64,000 nt of DNA from positions 320,001 to 384,000 of the forward strand of contig OZ251992.1 of NCBI GenBank assembly GCA_965246885.1, in the 5' to 3' direction. Shown here piece after piece: positions 47,261 to 56,786 of this stretch (position 1 is the stretch's first letter; each line of letters starts with the position of its first letter). A model generated the notes under the pieces. The model was not told the origin of the DNA. It made no database searches and was given only the letters and a program-made list of their open reading frames with translations. Source of the stretch: Abditibacterium sp. (GTDB lineage Bacteria > Armatimonadota > Abditibacteriia > Abditibacteriales > Abditibacteriaceae). The position numbers and the translations under genes were made by a program.

Positions 47261-48148
47261 ATGCAACTCTGGCTCAAGCGCGACCATTTCAACCTCTCCG
47301 ACCCTTGGGAACACGTGGATTTCCAAGTGCGCTCGGCGTTCGATGTCGTGGGCGGCGCGGGATGGCACATCGGGCCGGAGCGCCAACTATGGAACGAACT
47401 GTGGCTGGTGCGCGAGGGGAGCGTGCGCATCGCTTTGGATGAGCGCGTGCAAACGGTGAGCGCGCCCGCTCTGGCGCTGCTGTCGGTGTGCGGGCGGCGC
47501 GATACGCGGCACGTCGCGGGCAGTCGGCTGTCCATCTTGGGCTTTTCGTTTGACGCGACGCTGTGGGGGGCGCTGGACTTTGCGGCGATGCTCGATTTGC
47601 CGATTTCGTGGCCCCTTGAAACGGCGTCCTGCGAGCCGCTTTTGGGGCGTATGGTCGAGGAAACGCGGGCGCGGCGGGCGGGATATTCGCTCGCGGTATC
47701 GGGGTTGGGGGCGCTGGCGTTTGTGGAAGTGCTGCGCTCGCGGCCCCCGGCGGAAGCGGTGCGCGAAGTGGAGCTTCTGGCGCGTCACCCGGAACTGTCG
47801 GGCGCGTTGGAATTTATCGCGGCGCGCTGGGCGGAACCGCTCGACGTGCCGCAACTCGCGCGCGCGGCGCATTTATCGCCCAAGCATTTTGGCAGCAAAT
47901 TCCGCGCGGCGCTGGGGGCGACGCCAATGGAGTTCGTGCGCCGCTTTCGCCTCAACCGCGCGCGCAACCTGCTCGCAGCGGGCGATGAAACCGCAGCGAC
48001 CATCGCGCTGCGGTGCGGCTTCGACGACGCGGCGCACTTCTCGCGGGCGTTCAAGCGCGAGTTCGGCGCCACGCCCGGCGAGTTCCGGCGGTCGGTGAGG
48101 CGGGGACAGGCCCCGGCGCCCGCTTCGCGCGCCTTTATGACTGACTGA
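47261..48148 (+). CDS. AraC-family transcriptional regulator
   Basis: LARAAHLSPKHF..KF and IALRCGF.D..HFSRAFKR.FG.TP. Confidence 0.9.
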   Translation: MQLWLKRDHFNLSDPWEHVDFQVRSAFDVVGGAGWHIGPERQLWNELWLVREGSVRIALDERVQTVSAPALALLSVCGRRDTRHVAGSRLSILGFSFDATLWGALDFAAMLDLPISWPLETASCEPLLGRMVEETRARRAGYSLAVSGLGALAFVEVLRSRPPAEAVREVELLARHPELSGALEFIAARWAEPLDVPQLARAAHLSPKHFGSKFRAALGATPMEFVRRFRLNRARNLLAAGDETAATIALRCGFDDAAHFSRAFKREFGATPGEFRRSVRRGQAPAPASRAFMTD

Positions 48149-48150
48149 CA

Positions 48151-48223
48151 CACGTGCGCCGACAATTCCCGCAGTCGCGCCGACAATTCCCGCACGTGCG
48201 CCGACGATTCCCGCAGTCGCGCC
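48151..48223. repeat. 21-bp-period tandem array, family D
   Basis: gcgccgacaattcccgcagtc / gcgccgacaattcccgcacgt / gcgccgacgattcccgcagtc, with partial flanking units. Confidence 0.88.
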
Positions 48224-48337
48224 AGCGACCGCCCGACGACGGCGCAGGCTTGAATCGGGAGAATCATCCTTTGGCGCCAGAAAATCGTCCTTTCGGTCAA
48301 GACGGCGGGCGAGGGAATGGGGAAATTGAAAGGCGCA

Positions 48338-49165
48338 ATGAACGAACCACTTACCCACGCGCCGACAGTCTCGCTGTCGCCCTCGCAAATCGCCTTTTTC
48401 AAGAGCAACGGCTTCTTGTCACTGCCCGTGCTGACCACTCCCGACGAAGTCGCCATGATGCGCGACGCCTACGACGACATCTTCAACCGCAAAGCGGGCC
48501 GCGAAGTCGGCGACCAGTTCGACCTCGCGGGCACCGACGAAGAAGGCAAGGAAGCGGCGCTTCCGCAGATTCTGACGCCCGAAAAGTATGCGCCGCAACT
48601 GTGGGACACGCAGGCCCGCGCCAACGCGCTTCATGTCGTGCGCCAACTGCTGGGCGAAGATATGCAAGCAACCGGCACGCACGCCATCTTCAAACCTGCC
48701 CAGCACGGCGCCACGACGCCTTGGCACCAAGACGAAGCGTATTGGGGTAGCGAGTGGGAGTATCGCTCGGTGAGTGTGTGGGTGCCCTTGCAAGACGTGG
48801 ACGAGGAGAACGGCTGCATGCAGTTCGTCGCCGGAAGCCACAAGGAAGAAGTGCAGCCGCACCGCCCCATCAACAACGACCCACGCGTGCATGGCCTCGA
48901 ACTGACCGAGGAAGCCCCAATTGACCTCAAGCACGCCGTCGTGTGCCCGCTCGAAGCGGGCGGCGCCACGATTCACCCCTCGCGCACCCTGCATTTCACC
49001 GCCGCCAACCATTCCAATCGCCCGCGCCGTGCGCTGATTATGATGTTCGGCGGCAACGCGCGCAAGCGGAGCGAGTTGGGCCTGCCGGAGCGCAACTTCG
49101 CATGGCAGAAGGTGCAGAACACGGCGCGCGCCGCGCGGAGCGCGGGGGCGGACGCGGCGAAGTAA
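48338..49165 (+). CDS. Phytanoyl-CoA dioxygenase (PhyH) family Fe/2OG oxygenase
   Basis: TPWHQDEAYW, WVPL.D...ENGCM.F..GSH, TLH...N.S..PRRA. Confidence 0.9.
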   Translation: MNEPLTHAPTVSLSPSQIAFFKSNGFLSLPVLTTPDEVAMMRDAYDDIFNRKAGREVGDQFDLAGTDEEGKEAALPQILTPEKYAPQLWDTQARANALHVVRQLLGEDMQATGTHAIFKPAQHGATTPWHQDEAYWGSEWEYRSVSVWVPLQDVDEENGCMQFVAGSHKEEVQPHRPINNDPRVHGLELTEEAPIDLKHAVVCPLEAGGATIHPSRTLHFTAANHSNRPRRALIMMFGGNARKRSELGLPERNFAWQKVQNTARAARSAGADAAK

Positions 49166-49187
49166 GCAGGATTGAGTTATCGTGCGG

Positions 49188-49220
49188 CGTGAAGGGCAAC
49201 CACATGGGCTGCCCTTCACG
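49188..49220. repeat. REP-like hairpin (AAGGGCAACC family)
   Basis: cgtgaagggcaacc...ggctgcccttcacg; related to 62676-62700. Confidence 0.6.
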
Positions 49221-49239
49221 TTTAACATCTCGACAAACC

Positions 49240-49269
49240 AACTCCCGCGCTCGAAGAGCGCGGGAGTTT
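49240..49269. terminator. Terminator-like hairpin between convergent genes
   Basis: aactcccgcgctc-gaa-gagcgcgggagttt. Confidence 0.8.
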
Positions 49270-49275
49270 ACTGTT

Positions 49276-49788
49276 TCACTCGCCTTCGGACATCGCTTGC
49301 ATTTGGGCGGTAAGGCTCGACCAAGGCAGTAGTTCAAGGCGCGATTTGGGGATGGGTTCTCCCGAAACGTCGCAGATGCCGTAGGTGCCGTCTTGGATTT
49401 TCTGGAGGGCGTGCTCGATGGCGGTCATCGTTTCCTCGATCTCCTCTTCGACGCCCATGTCCATTTCTTTGTCCATCAGGCTGGAGGCGAGGTCGGCGGT
49501 GTCCTCTTCGCCCTCGGCGTCTTCGGGCAAGTTGCCGTCCATATCGCCCGCGCTGCGGCGCACGTAGTCGCGCTCTTCCTCGAACTTGTTCATTTCCTCG
49601 AACAAGCGGTCGCGGAAGTGGACGATGTCGAGGTCTTTGCGTTGTTGTTCGGGGATGTCGCCCGCAAGGGCGGCGTTGAGGACTTCGGGGGAAGAGTTGT
49701 CGCCGCCTGTTCCCATAAGCGAAGCGGAGGACGCCTGTGACTTGCGCTTGCGCGGTGCGGGCGAGTCGTTTTGATCTTTGATTGCCAT
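49276..49788 (-). CDS. TraR/DksA-family protein
   Basis: DTAD coiled-coil tip; IEHAL.KI..GTYGIC...GEPIP..RL...PW. Confidence 0.85.
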   Translation of the reverse strand: MAIKDQNDSPAPRKRKSQASSASLMGTGGDNSSPEVLNAALAGDIPEQQRKDLDIVHFRDRLFEEMNKFEEERDYVRRSAGDMDGNLPEDAEGEEDTADLASSLMDKEMDMGVEEEIEETMTAIEHALQKIQDGTYGICDVSGEPIPKSRLELLPWSSLTAQMQAMSEGE

Positions 49789-49827
49789 GTGCTAAATAAA
49801 CCTTTCCCTCGCACGCTCCTGCCGATG

Positions 49828-51111
49828 TCAGTGGTCGTCGGGCGAAGCGGCGAGCGAATCTATCAACTGCTTTTTCCACGCGGCGCGCTGGCTTTGATAA
49901 GCCGCTTCGTCCACTTGGCCCGCCTCGAAAGCGTCGTCGAGATCGGCCAAGTGTTGCACCAACTCGCGGCTGTCGGGCGTAAGAGTCGGTGCGACCGCGA
50001 AGCCGTTGAGCGGGGCAAAGCCCGCGTTTTCGGCGCCGCGCGCGGAAGTGTGCGAAGAAACGCTTGCACCCGTGCGGCGTTCCGCCCGTTTTGGTTTGAG
50101 TAGCGCAACGGGCAAGAACAAACACAGCGCGCCGACCAACCCCGCGAAGCCCCAGAACAGCCCCGACACGGGCCGCGACACCTTCACGTCGAGCATCTCG
50201 CCCGCCGGAACCCCCGCCGCGTCGCCGTTGGGCGCGCCAACCGCGTTCACCAAGCGCGTTTCGGTTTTGCCGTCAACGGGCAGGTTCATCGGCGCTTCGG
50301 CGCCCAGTTGCGGAGCCGAGACTTGCAACTCCTTGTCGTCGGTCTGGCGGGCCACAAAGAAGAACTTGGTCGGGTTGGTCGCTTCGCGCGACAAATCTAC
50401 CGTCTTGCCCCAAGGCAATTTAGAAGGCCAGTCCATATCGTAGGAGAAGATGACGGCGTTGAACTGCCTCGGCTCTCCGTAGGCGCTGGGCACGATGGGC
50501 TTGACAATGCCCCAACCATCGTTAGTTTGCACCATCTGGGCGTTGACCTTGGGGTCAATCTTGACGTTGCGGGCGCCCTTGGGCACGTTGAGCATCACGG
50601 AGACATGGCGCGGGCCAAAGCCAAGGTAGGTGAGGTTAGAGGGGTTCTCGACGACGATGCGCTCGATGACGTGCAAGCCGGTCGGGGTGGACTTGATGGC
50701 CAAGTGGTGCACTTGGAAATCAAGGGGAGCGGCGTTGGGCTGCGTGGTGGTGTCGAAGACGAGCAACTCCACCTTTTGCGGGTTGACGTTGAGGCCGAGT
50801 TGCTTGAGGTTGCCCGCGCCGTCGTAAGCGACGGTAGTGTAATCGTAGCCGCCGTGCGGAATGTTGGCGAACAGCAGATCGCTTTTGCCCAGTTCGCGCG
50901 GCGCAAAGCGGAAGCGCCCCCCCGCGTCGGTGGTGGTGGTGTCCACGACGGTTTTGGCTTTCCCGTCGGGCGTTTGGATAAGCTGCACCGGCGCACCGGG
51001 CAGCAGGGCGTTTTTATGCGAGCCGTCGCGCGCAATGCCGGAAATTGCGACCGGCGCGGCAGAGGCGATGGAGACGCTTAATAGAAGGGCGGTGAGAAGT
51101 TGGAATTTCAT
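49828..51111 (-). CDS. Exported membrane-anchored protein in the ccm cluster (carboxypeptidase-regulatory-like N-terminal domain)
   Basis: Signal peptide, TTTDAGGRFRF, C-terminal TM and LADLDDAFEAGQVDEAAY helical tail. Confidence 0.6.
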   Translation of the reverse strand: MKFQLLTALLLSVSIASAAPVAISGIARDGSHKNALLPGAPVQLIQTPDGKAKTVVDTTTTDAGGRFRFAPRELGKSDLLFANIPHGGYDYTTVAYDGAGNLKQLGLNVNPQKVELLVFDTTTQPNAAPLDFQVHHLAIKSTPTGLHVIERIVVENPSNLTYLGFGPRHVSVMLNVPKGARNVKIDPKVNAQMVQTNDGWGIVKPIVPSAYGEPRQFNAVIFSYDMDWPSKLPWGKTVDLSREATNPTKFFFVARQTDDKELQVSAPQLGAEAPMNLPVDGKTETRLVNAVGAPNGDAAGVPAGEMLDVKVSRPVSGLFWGFAGLVGALCLFLPVALLKPKRAERRTGASVSSHTSARGAENAGFAPLNGFAVAPTLTPDSRELVQHLADLDDAFEAGQVDEAAYQSQRAAWKKQLIDSLAASPDDH

Positions 51112-51112
51112 A

Positions 51113-51451
51113 TCAATCAGGGGAGGCCCCCCGTTTGCGCCGCTCCCGCGCGACCCAAATCTCCGCTTCCGCCGCCAAGTCAGCGCGGCGCGCGCGGCGG
51201 AAGTTCCAGATGAGGCGCTCGACGTTGAGGAGCGGCGGAAGTGCGGACGGCGCGGCTTGTTCGAGGAGCAAGCGGCGCCCTTGCCATTCGGCGTCGTCTA
51301 TTTTTTCGAGGTCGCGGTCGAGGTCGAGTTCCTCGACGCCGGGAACATAATCGGTTGAGCGCAGTTCGCGCTTGGATTCACCCGCCCACAAGGGCATGAG
51401 GATATACGCGAGCGCGGCGAGGCCGAGCAATAGGGGAAGCAGAACGGTCAC
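51113..51451 (-). CDS. Small CcmI/CycH-N-terminus-like membrane protein
   Basis: GTG start overlapping the ccmF stop; TM then ELDLDRDLEKIDDAEW. Confidence 0.55.
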   Translation of the reverse strand: MTVLLPLLLGLAALAYILMPLWAGESKRELRSTDYVPGVEELDLDRDLEKIDDAEWQGRRLLLEQAAPSALPPLLNVERLIWNFRRARRADLAAEAEIWVARERRKRGASPD

Positions 51452-53571
51452 GCGACCAACTCCCGTTCGCGCTCGGCTTTGGGCGCGGAGATGGCGGCGC
51501 GGCGGGCCGGGTCGCGGCGCGGCGGGATGAAAGCGACGAGGGTGCCGATGATGAAGAACGCTTGCGAGACCCAAATCCACATCACGAGCGGGTTCATATA
51601 CGCCTTGATGGACGCGGTGTTGTCTTTGGTATCGAAGCCGTCCAAGACGAGATATAGGTCGTTGGCGGGCGTCGAGCGGATGGCGGGGCGCCGCGCCGAC
51701 TGGCCTGCTTCGTCCTGCGTTTGTGGGTTGGCCGCCGTTGCCGCCGCGAAGAAGTCAATCTTGGGGCGCATCGGCGCGTCGTTGGCCGTCACTTGGCCGT
51801 TCGCGTCGAAGACGGTCACGCGCGCAGTGATTTGGTCGCGCAGGTGCTCCTCCAACTTGGCGGGCCGCTCCAAGCCGTCGAAGCGCAAGACGTATTCCGA
51901 GTCGCGGTTAGAATCCTTAACGCGCATCTGCTCGCCTTTGTGGAGCAAGATGGAGGGCGTCTCGACTTTGAACATGGAGCTGCCGGTGAGTCCAACGAAC
52001 ATGACGGCGACGCCCAAGTGCACGATGTAGCCGCCGTAGCGCGCGGGATTAAATGAGATAAGGTCGGCTCCGGCATCCACGACAGAGGAGCCGCGCTTTT
52101 GGCGCAGAACGCGGACACCGCGCGCGAACTCCCAGCCAATCGCCAGAAACACGAAGAACGCGAGGGTAAACGCCGTCGCCGCTCCCGTCCGCCAGCGCCC
52201 TAAGTACCACAAGACCGGAGAGAACGCAATCGCCCACAGAACGGGGAACTTGAGCACGCGCCACGCCCCGGCCAGCGTCGTCTTCTTCCAAGCGAGAAGC
52301 GGGCCTACCCCGGTGAGCGCCAGAAGTGCCAAGCCCATCGGTGCAACGGTCGCGTTGAAGTAGTCCTTTGACACGTTTACCCGCACGTTGCCGAAAGACT
52401 GGGAAAGCGTCGGATACAGCGTGCCCAGCAACACCGCGAGCGTGCAGCCAAGCAGCAGGTAGTTGTTGAGCATGAACGCGCCCTCGCGCGAGAGCGCCGA
52501 TTCGATGCGCGCGTCGCTCGTAAGTTCCGCGCGGCGCCAGTAAATCAGCGCCATCGCCGCCACGAGCATGAAGCCCAAGAACCACAGGAAGTAGGTGCCG
52601 ATGTTCGACTCGGCGAAAGCGTGCACGCTTTGCACGACGCCCGACCGCGTGAGGAAGGTGCCGAACACCGACAGCAAAAAGGTCAGCGTCACGAGCGCGA
52701 TGTTCCAGTTCTTGAGCAGGCCGCGCCGCCCTTGCAGCATGATGGAGTGCAAAAACGCCGTCGCGCACAGCCAAGGCATCAGGCTCGCGTTTTCGACGGG
52801 ATCCCACGCCCAGTAACCGCCCCAACCCAGCGTCTCATACGCCCACACGCCGCCCAACACGATGCCGACGGTCAGCACAATCCAAGTGAACAGCACCCAG
52901 CGCCGGATAAGAGTTACCCAAATCTCATCGAACTTGCGGTGAAACAGCGCCGCGACCGCAAAAGCGAACGGCACGGTGCAACCGACATAGCCCGTATACA
53001 GCGTGGGTGGGTGAATCTGCATCCAATAGTTTTGAAGCAGGGGATTCATGCCGCGCCCATCGGCGGGGATTTGCTCCATAACCACCCAAGGCGACGCCGC
53101 GAACGCGACCAACCCCGCGAAAAAGAGCGTCACGAGCGCGATAACCGAAGTGGCGATGGGTGAGAGTTCCTGCCCCGACCGCCGCCCGCCCTTGGACACC
53201 AAGATGCCATACGTCGCTAAGACAAACGTCCACAAAAGGAGGGAGCCGCCCTGCCCGCCCCACAGCGCGGAGATTTTAAAGGGGAGCGGTTGTGCCTTGG
53301 AGGAATTCTCGGCGACATAGGCGAGCGCGAAGTTGTTCGTCAGAAACGCAAATATCAACAAGGCGCACGCCGACGCGATAAAGGCCCACGTCACGAACGA
53401 AGCGTTGTGCGCCGCTTCGAGCCACGCCGCCCGCTTGGGAGCGGCGCGCGGGTGATACGACCACGCCGTCGCGCCGATGTTCAGCGCGCAACCGAGCATC
53501 GCCAGCAGAATGAGCCAATGCCCCAAGGAAGCTAAAAGCATGAGAAAAAGGATTGATAGAAGAAACGCCAA
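51448..53571 (-). CDS. ccmF: Cytochrome c maturation heme lyase CcmF (start uncertain)
   Basis: WGGQGGSLLLW, NPLLQ...IHPP, WAYETLGWGGYWAWDPVENAS, RSG...SVHAF. Confidence 0.95.
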   Translation of the reverse strand: MAFLLSILFLMLLASLGHWLILLAMLGCALNIGATAWSYHPRAAPKRAAWLEAAHNASFVTWAFIASACALLIFAFLTNNFALAYVAENSSKAQPLPFKISALWGGQGGSLLLWTFVLATYGILVSKGGRRSGQELSPIATSVIALVTLFFAGLVAFAASPWVVMEQIPADGRGMNPLLQNYWMQIHPPTLYTGYVGCTVPFAFAVAALFHRKFDEIWVTLIRRWVLFTWIVLTVGIVLGGVWAYETLGWGGYWAWDPVENASLMPWLCATAFLHSIMLQGRRGLLKNWNIALVTLTFLLSVFGTFLTRSGVVQSVHAFAESNIGTYFLWFLGFMLVAAMALIYWRRAELTSDARIESALSREGAFMLNNYLLLGCTLAVLLGTLYPTLSQSFGNVRVNVSKDYFNATVAPMGLALLALTGVGPLLAWKKTTLAGAWRVLKFPVLWAIAFSPVLWYLGRWRTGAATAFTLAFFVFLAIGWEFARGVRVLRQKRGSSVVDAGADLISFNPARYGGYIVHLGVAVMFVGLTGSSMFKVETPSILLHKGEQMRVKDSNRDSEYVLRFDGLERPAKLEEHLRDQITARVTVFDANGQVTANDAPMRPKIDFFAAATAANPQTQDEAGQSARRPAIRSTPANDLYLVLDGFDTKDNTASIKAYMNPLVMWIWVSQAFFIIGTLVAFIPPRRDPARRAAISAPKAERERELVA

Positions 53572-53632
53572 AGGAGCGACGCCGCGCCGCTCCTCTTCTT
53601 ATGGGTTCAAACCGGGCGGTCACATCGCCCGC

Positions 53633-54088
53633 TCACGACGACGGCGCGCTCACCATCTTCCCTTGCACCGCCCCGCCGCCCTCGCCCGCTTTGTATTTGG
53701 AGGGGCACTTGGTGAGCACGTGCTCTGCCCGCAGCACTCCGGGCGCGATGTAAGTGCCGTCTATTTGCACCGGCCCACCCGCGCGGAACGAATCGGGGAG
53801 CGCGTCGGTATACGACACGGCGACGGCAACCTTGCCTTCAACGACCTGAAAGTGCGACTCGCGCACCACACCGTCGGGCGTTTGGCGCGGCACGAACTGG
53901 ACGGGCGCCTTCCCGACGAAGCCCACCACGCGCAAATGGCGCCCGACGAACGAATCGCCCCCGCCATCCTTGGCGCGTAGCTGCGCGACCGGCACGTTTT
54001 GCGACGTGCCGCTCTGGAGCGACGACACCACCAAAAACCCCATCGCCGCCAAGATGAGCGCGCCACCCGCGAAAAGCCGTGTTTGCAT
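53633..54088 (-). CDS. ccmE: Heme chaperone CcmE (CxxxY variant)
   Basis: N-terminal TM, LRVVG.V, LPD.F..G, VLTKCPSKY; upstream of ccmF. Confidence 0.88.
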   Translation of the reverse strand: MQTRLFAGGALILAAMGFLVVSSLQSGTSQNVPVAQLRAKDGGGDSFVGRHLRVVGFVGKAPVQFVPRQTPDGVVRESHFQVVEGKVAVAVSYTDALPDSFRAGGPVQIDGTYIAPGVLRAEHVLTKCPSKYKAGEGGGAVQGKMVSAPSS

Positions 54089-54208
54089 AGGAAGTTGGAC
54101 GCTTAGTTTAAGGCGCCATTGCGCGCGAAATCGAAAAGATTGCCAAGCGCAGCGCAGTTGATTCGCGCCCCGGTGCGCACAGTCGCGGGATGGGGCACAC
54201 TTCCCTCC

Positions 54209-54817
54209 ATGACAACGACTTTAGCGAGCGCCCCCACTTTCGAGGAGACGCACCGCCTGAAATGGACGCGCGACACGTTCCACCGCGCGTGGGAGATGGG
54301 GCTGTTTGGCGAGGGCCGCGTTGAACTGGTCTACGGGGAAGTCATCGAAATCATGTCAATGAGTCCACCACACGCGCTTGTCCTTCGGCTCTTGCGCGGC
54401 GCTCTTTTGCAAATCTACGGCATCGGCCCCAGCTACATCGTGGACAGCCAGATGCCGTTTTTGGCCGCTAACGAATCCCAACCGGAGCCGGACTTGGCGG
54501 TTTACGTTGGCTCGCCCTTCAACTACGAGGGCACCCACCCCGGCGAAGCGCTACTTTTGGTCGAAGTCTCCGACGCTACGCTCACCTACGACTTGGGCAC
54601 CAAGGCGCGCTTATATGCCCAAAGCGGCGTGCCGGAATACTGGGTCGCCGACCTGAGCGCGGGGCTACTCCACGTCCATCGTTCTCCACTCGCCTCGCCC
54701 GCCTTCGAGGGCGGCTACAGATACCAAAGCATCACCCGCCTGACGCGCGCCGATTCCGTCCCACTCCCCGGCACCGCCGCATCTTTGCTTGTAGGCGACG
54801 TGCTACCCGCCCTTTGA
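54209..54817 (+). CDS. Uma2-family putative endonuclease
   Basis: RVELVYGE, PEPDLAV, LVEVSD.TL.YD...K..LYA..GVPEYWV. Confidence 0.9.
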   Translation: MTTTLASAPTFEETHRLKWTRDTFHRAWEMGLFGEGRVELVYGEVIEIMSMSPPHALVLRLLRGALLQIYGIGPSYIVDSQMPFLAANESQPEPDLAVYVGSPFNYEGTHPGEALLLVEVSDATLTYDLGTKARLYAQSGVPEYWVADLSAGLLHVHRSPLASPAFEGGYRYQSITRLTRADSVPLPGTAASLLVGDVLPAL

Positions 54818-54819
54818 GG

Positions 54820-56700
54820 CTACATCCCTACCAAGCGCGAGGGGCGGATGCGAAAGAACAGTTGAAACCCGGTATGCCGCGTGCCGCCGTAGATGCCGCT
54901 TAAAGAAGCGGGGTTCTGGTCGAAGGTTGCTTGCGCGCCGATGCCGACATCTAAGCCTTGGCCGTGCTTCACGTCATGGACGAAGCCCACCGCGAGCGAG
55001 TTGACCGGGAACAGCTGGTCTTGGAAGTTGGCAGGGGGCAACACTAACTCCCCACCCGACTTCTGGACGCGCTCGAAGCGCCCGTAGACCGTGTCCGCGC
55101 CGCGCTGCACGTTCGACTCGAACAGGAACGAGTTGGACGCGCCCCCGCCGAATAGAGCGCGCGAGTCGTTGTTGCGCCCGAAAACGAAGGAGTTCGCCCA
55201 GTTCGCGTCGCGTCCCAACGGGCGGTTGTAGATAAGCGAAGCCGTCGTCCGCCCGCGCCTCGTGACTTCCGGGTCGGCGGGTTCGGGGCGGCGGAGCGAG
55301 CCATACGAGACTTGCAGCGCCAGATCGCGCGTCGGGTTCCACGAGGCGCGGCCCGCAAAGGAGTCGAGGCGCGGCGTGTCGAAGGAATAACGGTTCTCGT
55401 TCGGCTCTTCGCCTTTGAAGGCGCTGCCTTCCAGCTTAAACTTGCCCGTCGAAAAGCCCGCCGTCAGCACGCCAAAGGTGATGTGCGTCGAGTCCTGCCA
55501 ATGATGGCCGAGCGGCGCGTCGGGGTTGTCCATCGCTGACAGGCGGTGCATAAACGCGGGCGGGCCAAGCGCCGGTTCGCCGGGGTAGCCGACATATAAG
55601 GAGAGCGAGTTGGTCTTCCCCACGCGCCGTGAGTAGGTCGCCGACAGTTCGGACACGAGGTCGTGCGGGTGCTGGCGGTCGTGAATCGGGCGGTTGCGAT
55701 ACGACTCGCCGCTTTGATAAAGGAGCGGATAGCCGCTTCCGCCTTCCAAGATGGGGTCGAGCGACAGCATGACGTGAGCGCCGACCTGCCCATTCTTGCC
55801 GAAGGGTTTCGACGCCATGCCCATGAACATCGAGGGCGCATCGAAGCGGGAGCGCGTGTCGAACGAGGGCTGGCGCCCGCTCCCAATACGGGTGTAACGC
55901 GGAAAGATGTCGCCGTGCAGCATCAGCATGGTGTCCCCGCGCATCTTCATCGCCGCATAAAGCGGCGACGAATCGGGAACCCAAGAAGTGCCCGAACTTT
56001 CGCGCGCCATCGGGTCATTCAAGTCCACCGAGGAGCGCATATTCATCGCGCCCATCTTCATACCGCGCATATCCATCGCGCCCATCTTCATACCGCCCAT
56101 GTCGCCGTCTGGCGCGGGCGAAGCGGGGGGCGAAGCGGGCGCGGCGCCGACGGCAACCGTGCCAACCATGCCGCCTTTGGCGTGGCCGCGCACGGAGCAA
56201 AAATAGGTGAAGGAGCCAACAGCCGAAGCGTGCAGGGTTATCTCTTCGGCGTTATATTTCCCCTCGTCGCCGTGCGCGATTTTGGCGGTGCCGGGCGCGT
56301 CCTTCACATCGGGCGCGATGGGGAAGGGCAACTTCGGGGAACCGAAGTGGATGTCGTGGAACATGTCGCCGTCGGTGTTGACGAACAGAACGGTCAGCGT
56401 CGCGTCTTTGGGCACGACGAGCGCCGGGTTGCGAAGTCCCGCGATACGGTAGGACAGCATGTCGTCTTCCGGCCCGGTCGTCACCACGAGGCGAACTCTG
56501 GCGGTTTGAAAGGTGAGGGTCTTGCCATCGGCGGAAGCGTCGCCGGGGGTAGCTTCGCCTTGCAAGCGGGCGAGATCGGTGGCGGCGATAGTTTTGGCCG
56601 TGCGGTCTTGGAGTTGAAAAGGAGCCGTCGCGCCGTTTTGGGCGAAGGCAGGGATGGAACAAAGGGTCGCGGCGAGGGCGACAAACGGGAGTTTTTGCAT
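54820..56700 (-). CDS. Secreted rusticyanin/sulfocyanin-like cupredoxin fused via a Met-rich linker to a His-rich putative outer-membrane beta-barrel
   Basis: Type-1 Cu ligand pattern H...YFCSVRGHAKGGM; linker MGGMKMGAMDMRGMKMGAMNM; SGTSW, RQHPHD, FMHR, HHWQDSTH. Confidence 0.7.
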   Translation of the reverse strand: MQKLPFVALAATLCSIPAFAQNGATAPFQLQDRTAKTIAATDLARLQGEATPGDASADGKTLTFQTARVRLVVTTGPEDDMLSYRIAGLRNPALVVPKDATLTVLFVNTDGDMFHDIHFGSPKLPFPIAPDVKDAPGTAKIAHGDEGKYNAEEITLHASAVGSFTYFCSVRGHAKGGMVGTVAVGAAPASPPASPAPDGDMGGMKMGAMDMRGMKMGAMNMRSSVDLNDPMARESSGTSWVPDSSPLYAAMKMRGDTMLMLHGDIFPRYTRIGSGRQPSFDTRSRFDAPSMFMGMASKPFGKNGQVGAHVMLSLDPILEGGSGYPLLYQSGESYRNRPIHDRQHPHDLVSELSATYSRRVGKTNSLSLYVGYPGEPALGPPAFMHRLSAMDNPDAPLGHHWQDSTHITFGVLTAGFSTGKFKLEGSAFKGEEPNENRYSFDTPRLDSFAGRASWNPTRDLALQVSYGSLRRPEPADPEVTRRGRTTASLIYNRPLGRDANWANSFVFGRNNDSRALFGGGASNSFLFESNVQRGADTVYGRFERVQKSGGELVLPPANFQDQLFPVNSLAVGFVHDVKHGQGLDVGIGAQATFDQNPASLSGIYGGTRHTGFQLFFRIRPSRLVGM

Positions 56701-56786
56701 GGTAACTGGGTTTGGGAAGCGCGCAAAAGGCACGCGGACGCCCGCTCAAGGGAAGCCCAGAGCGGAAAGGTCATCGGGACAAACAG

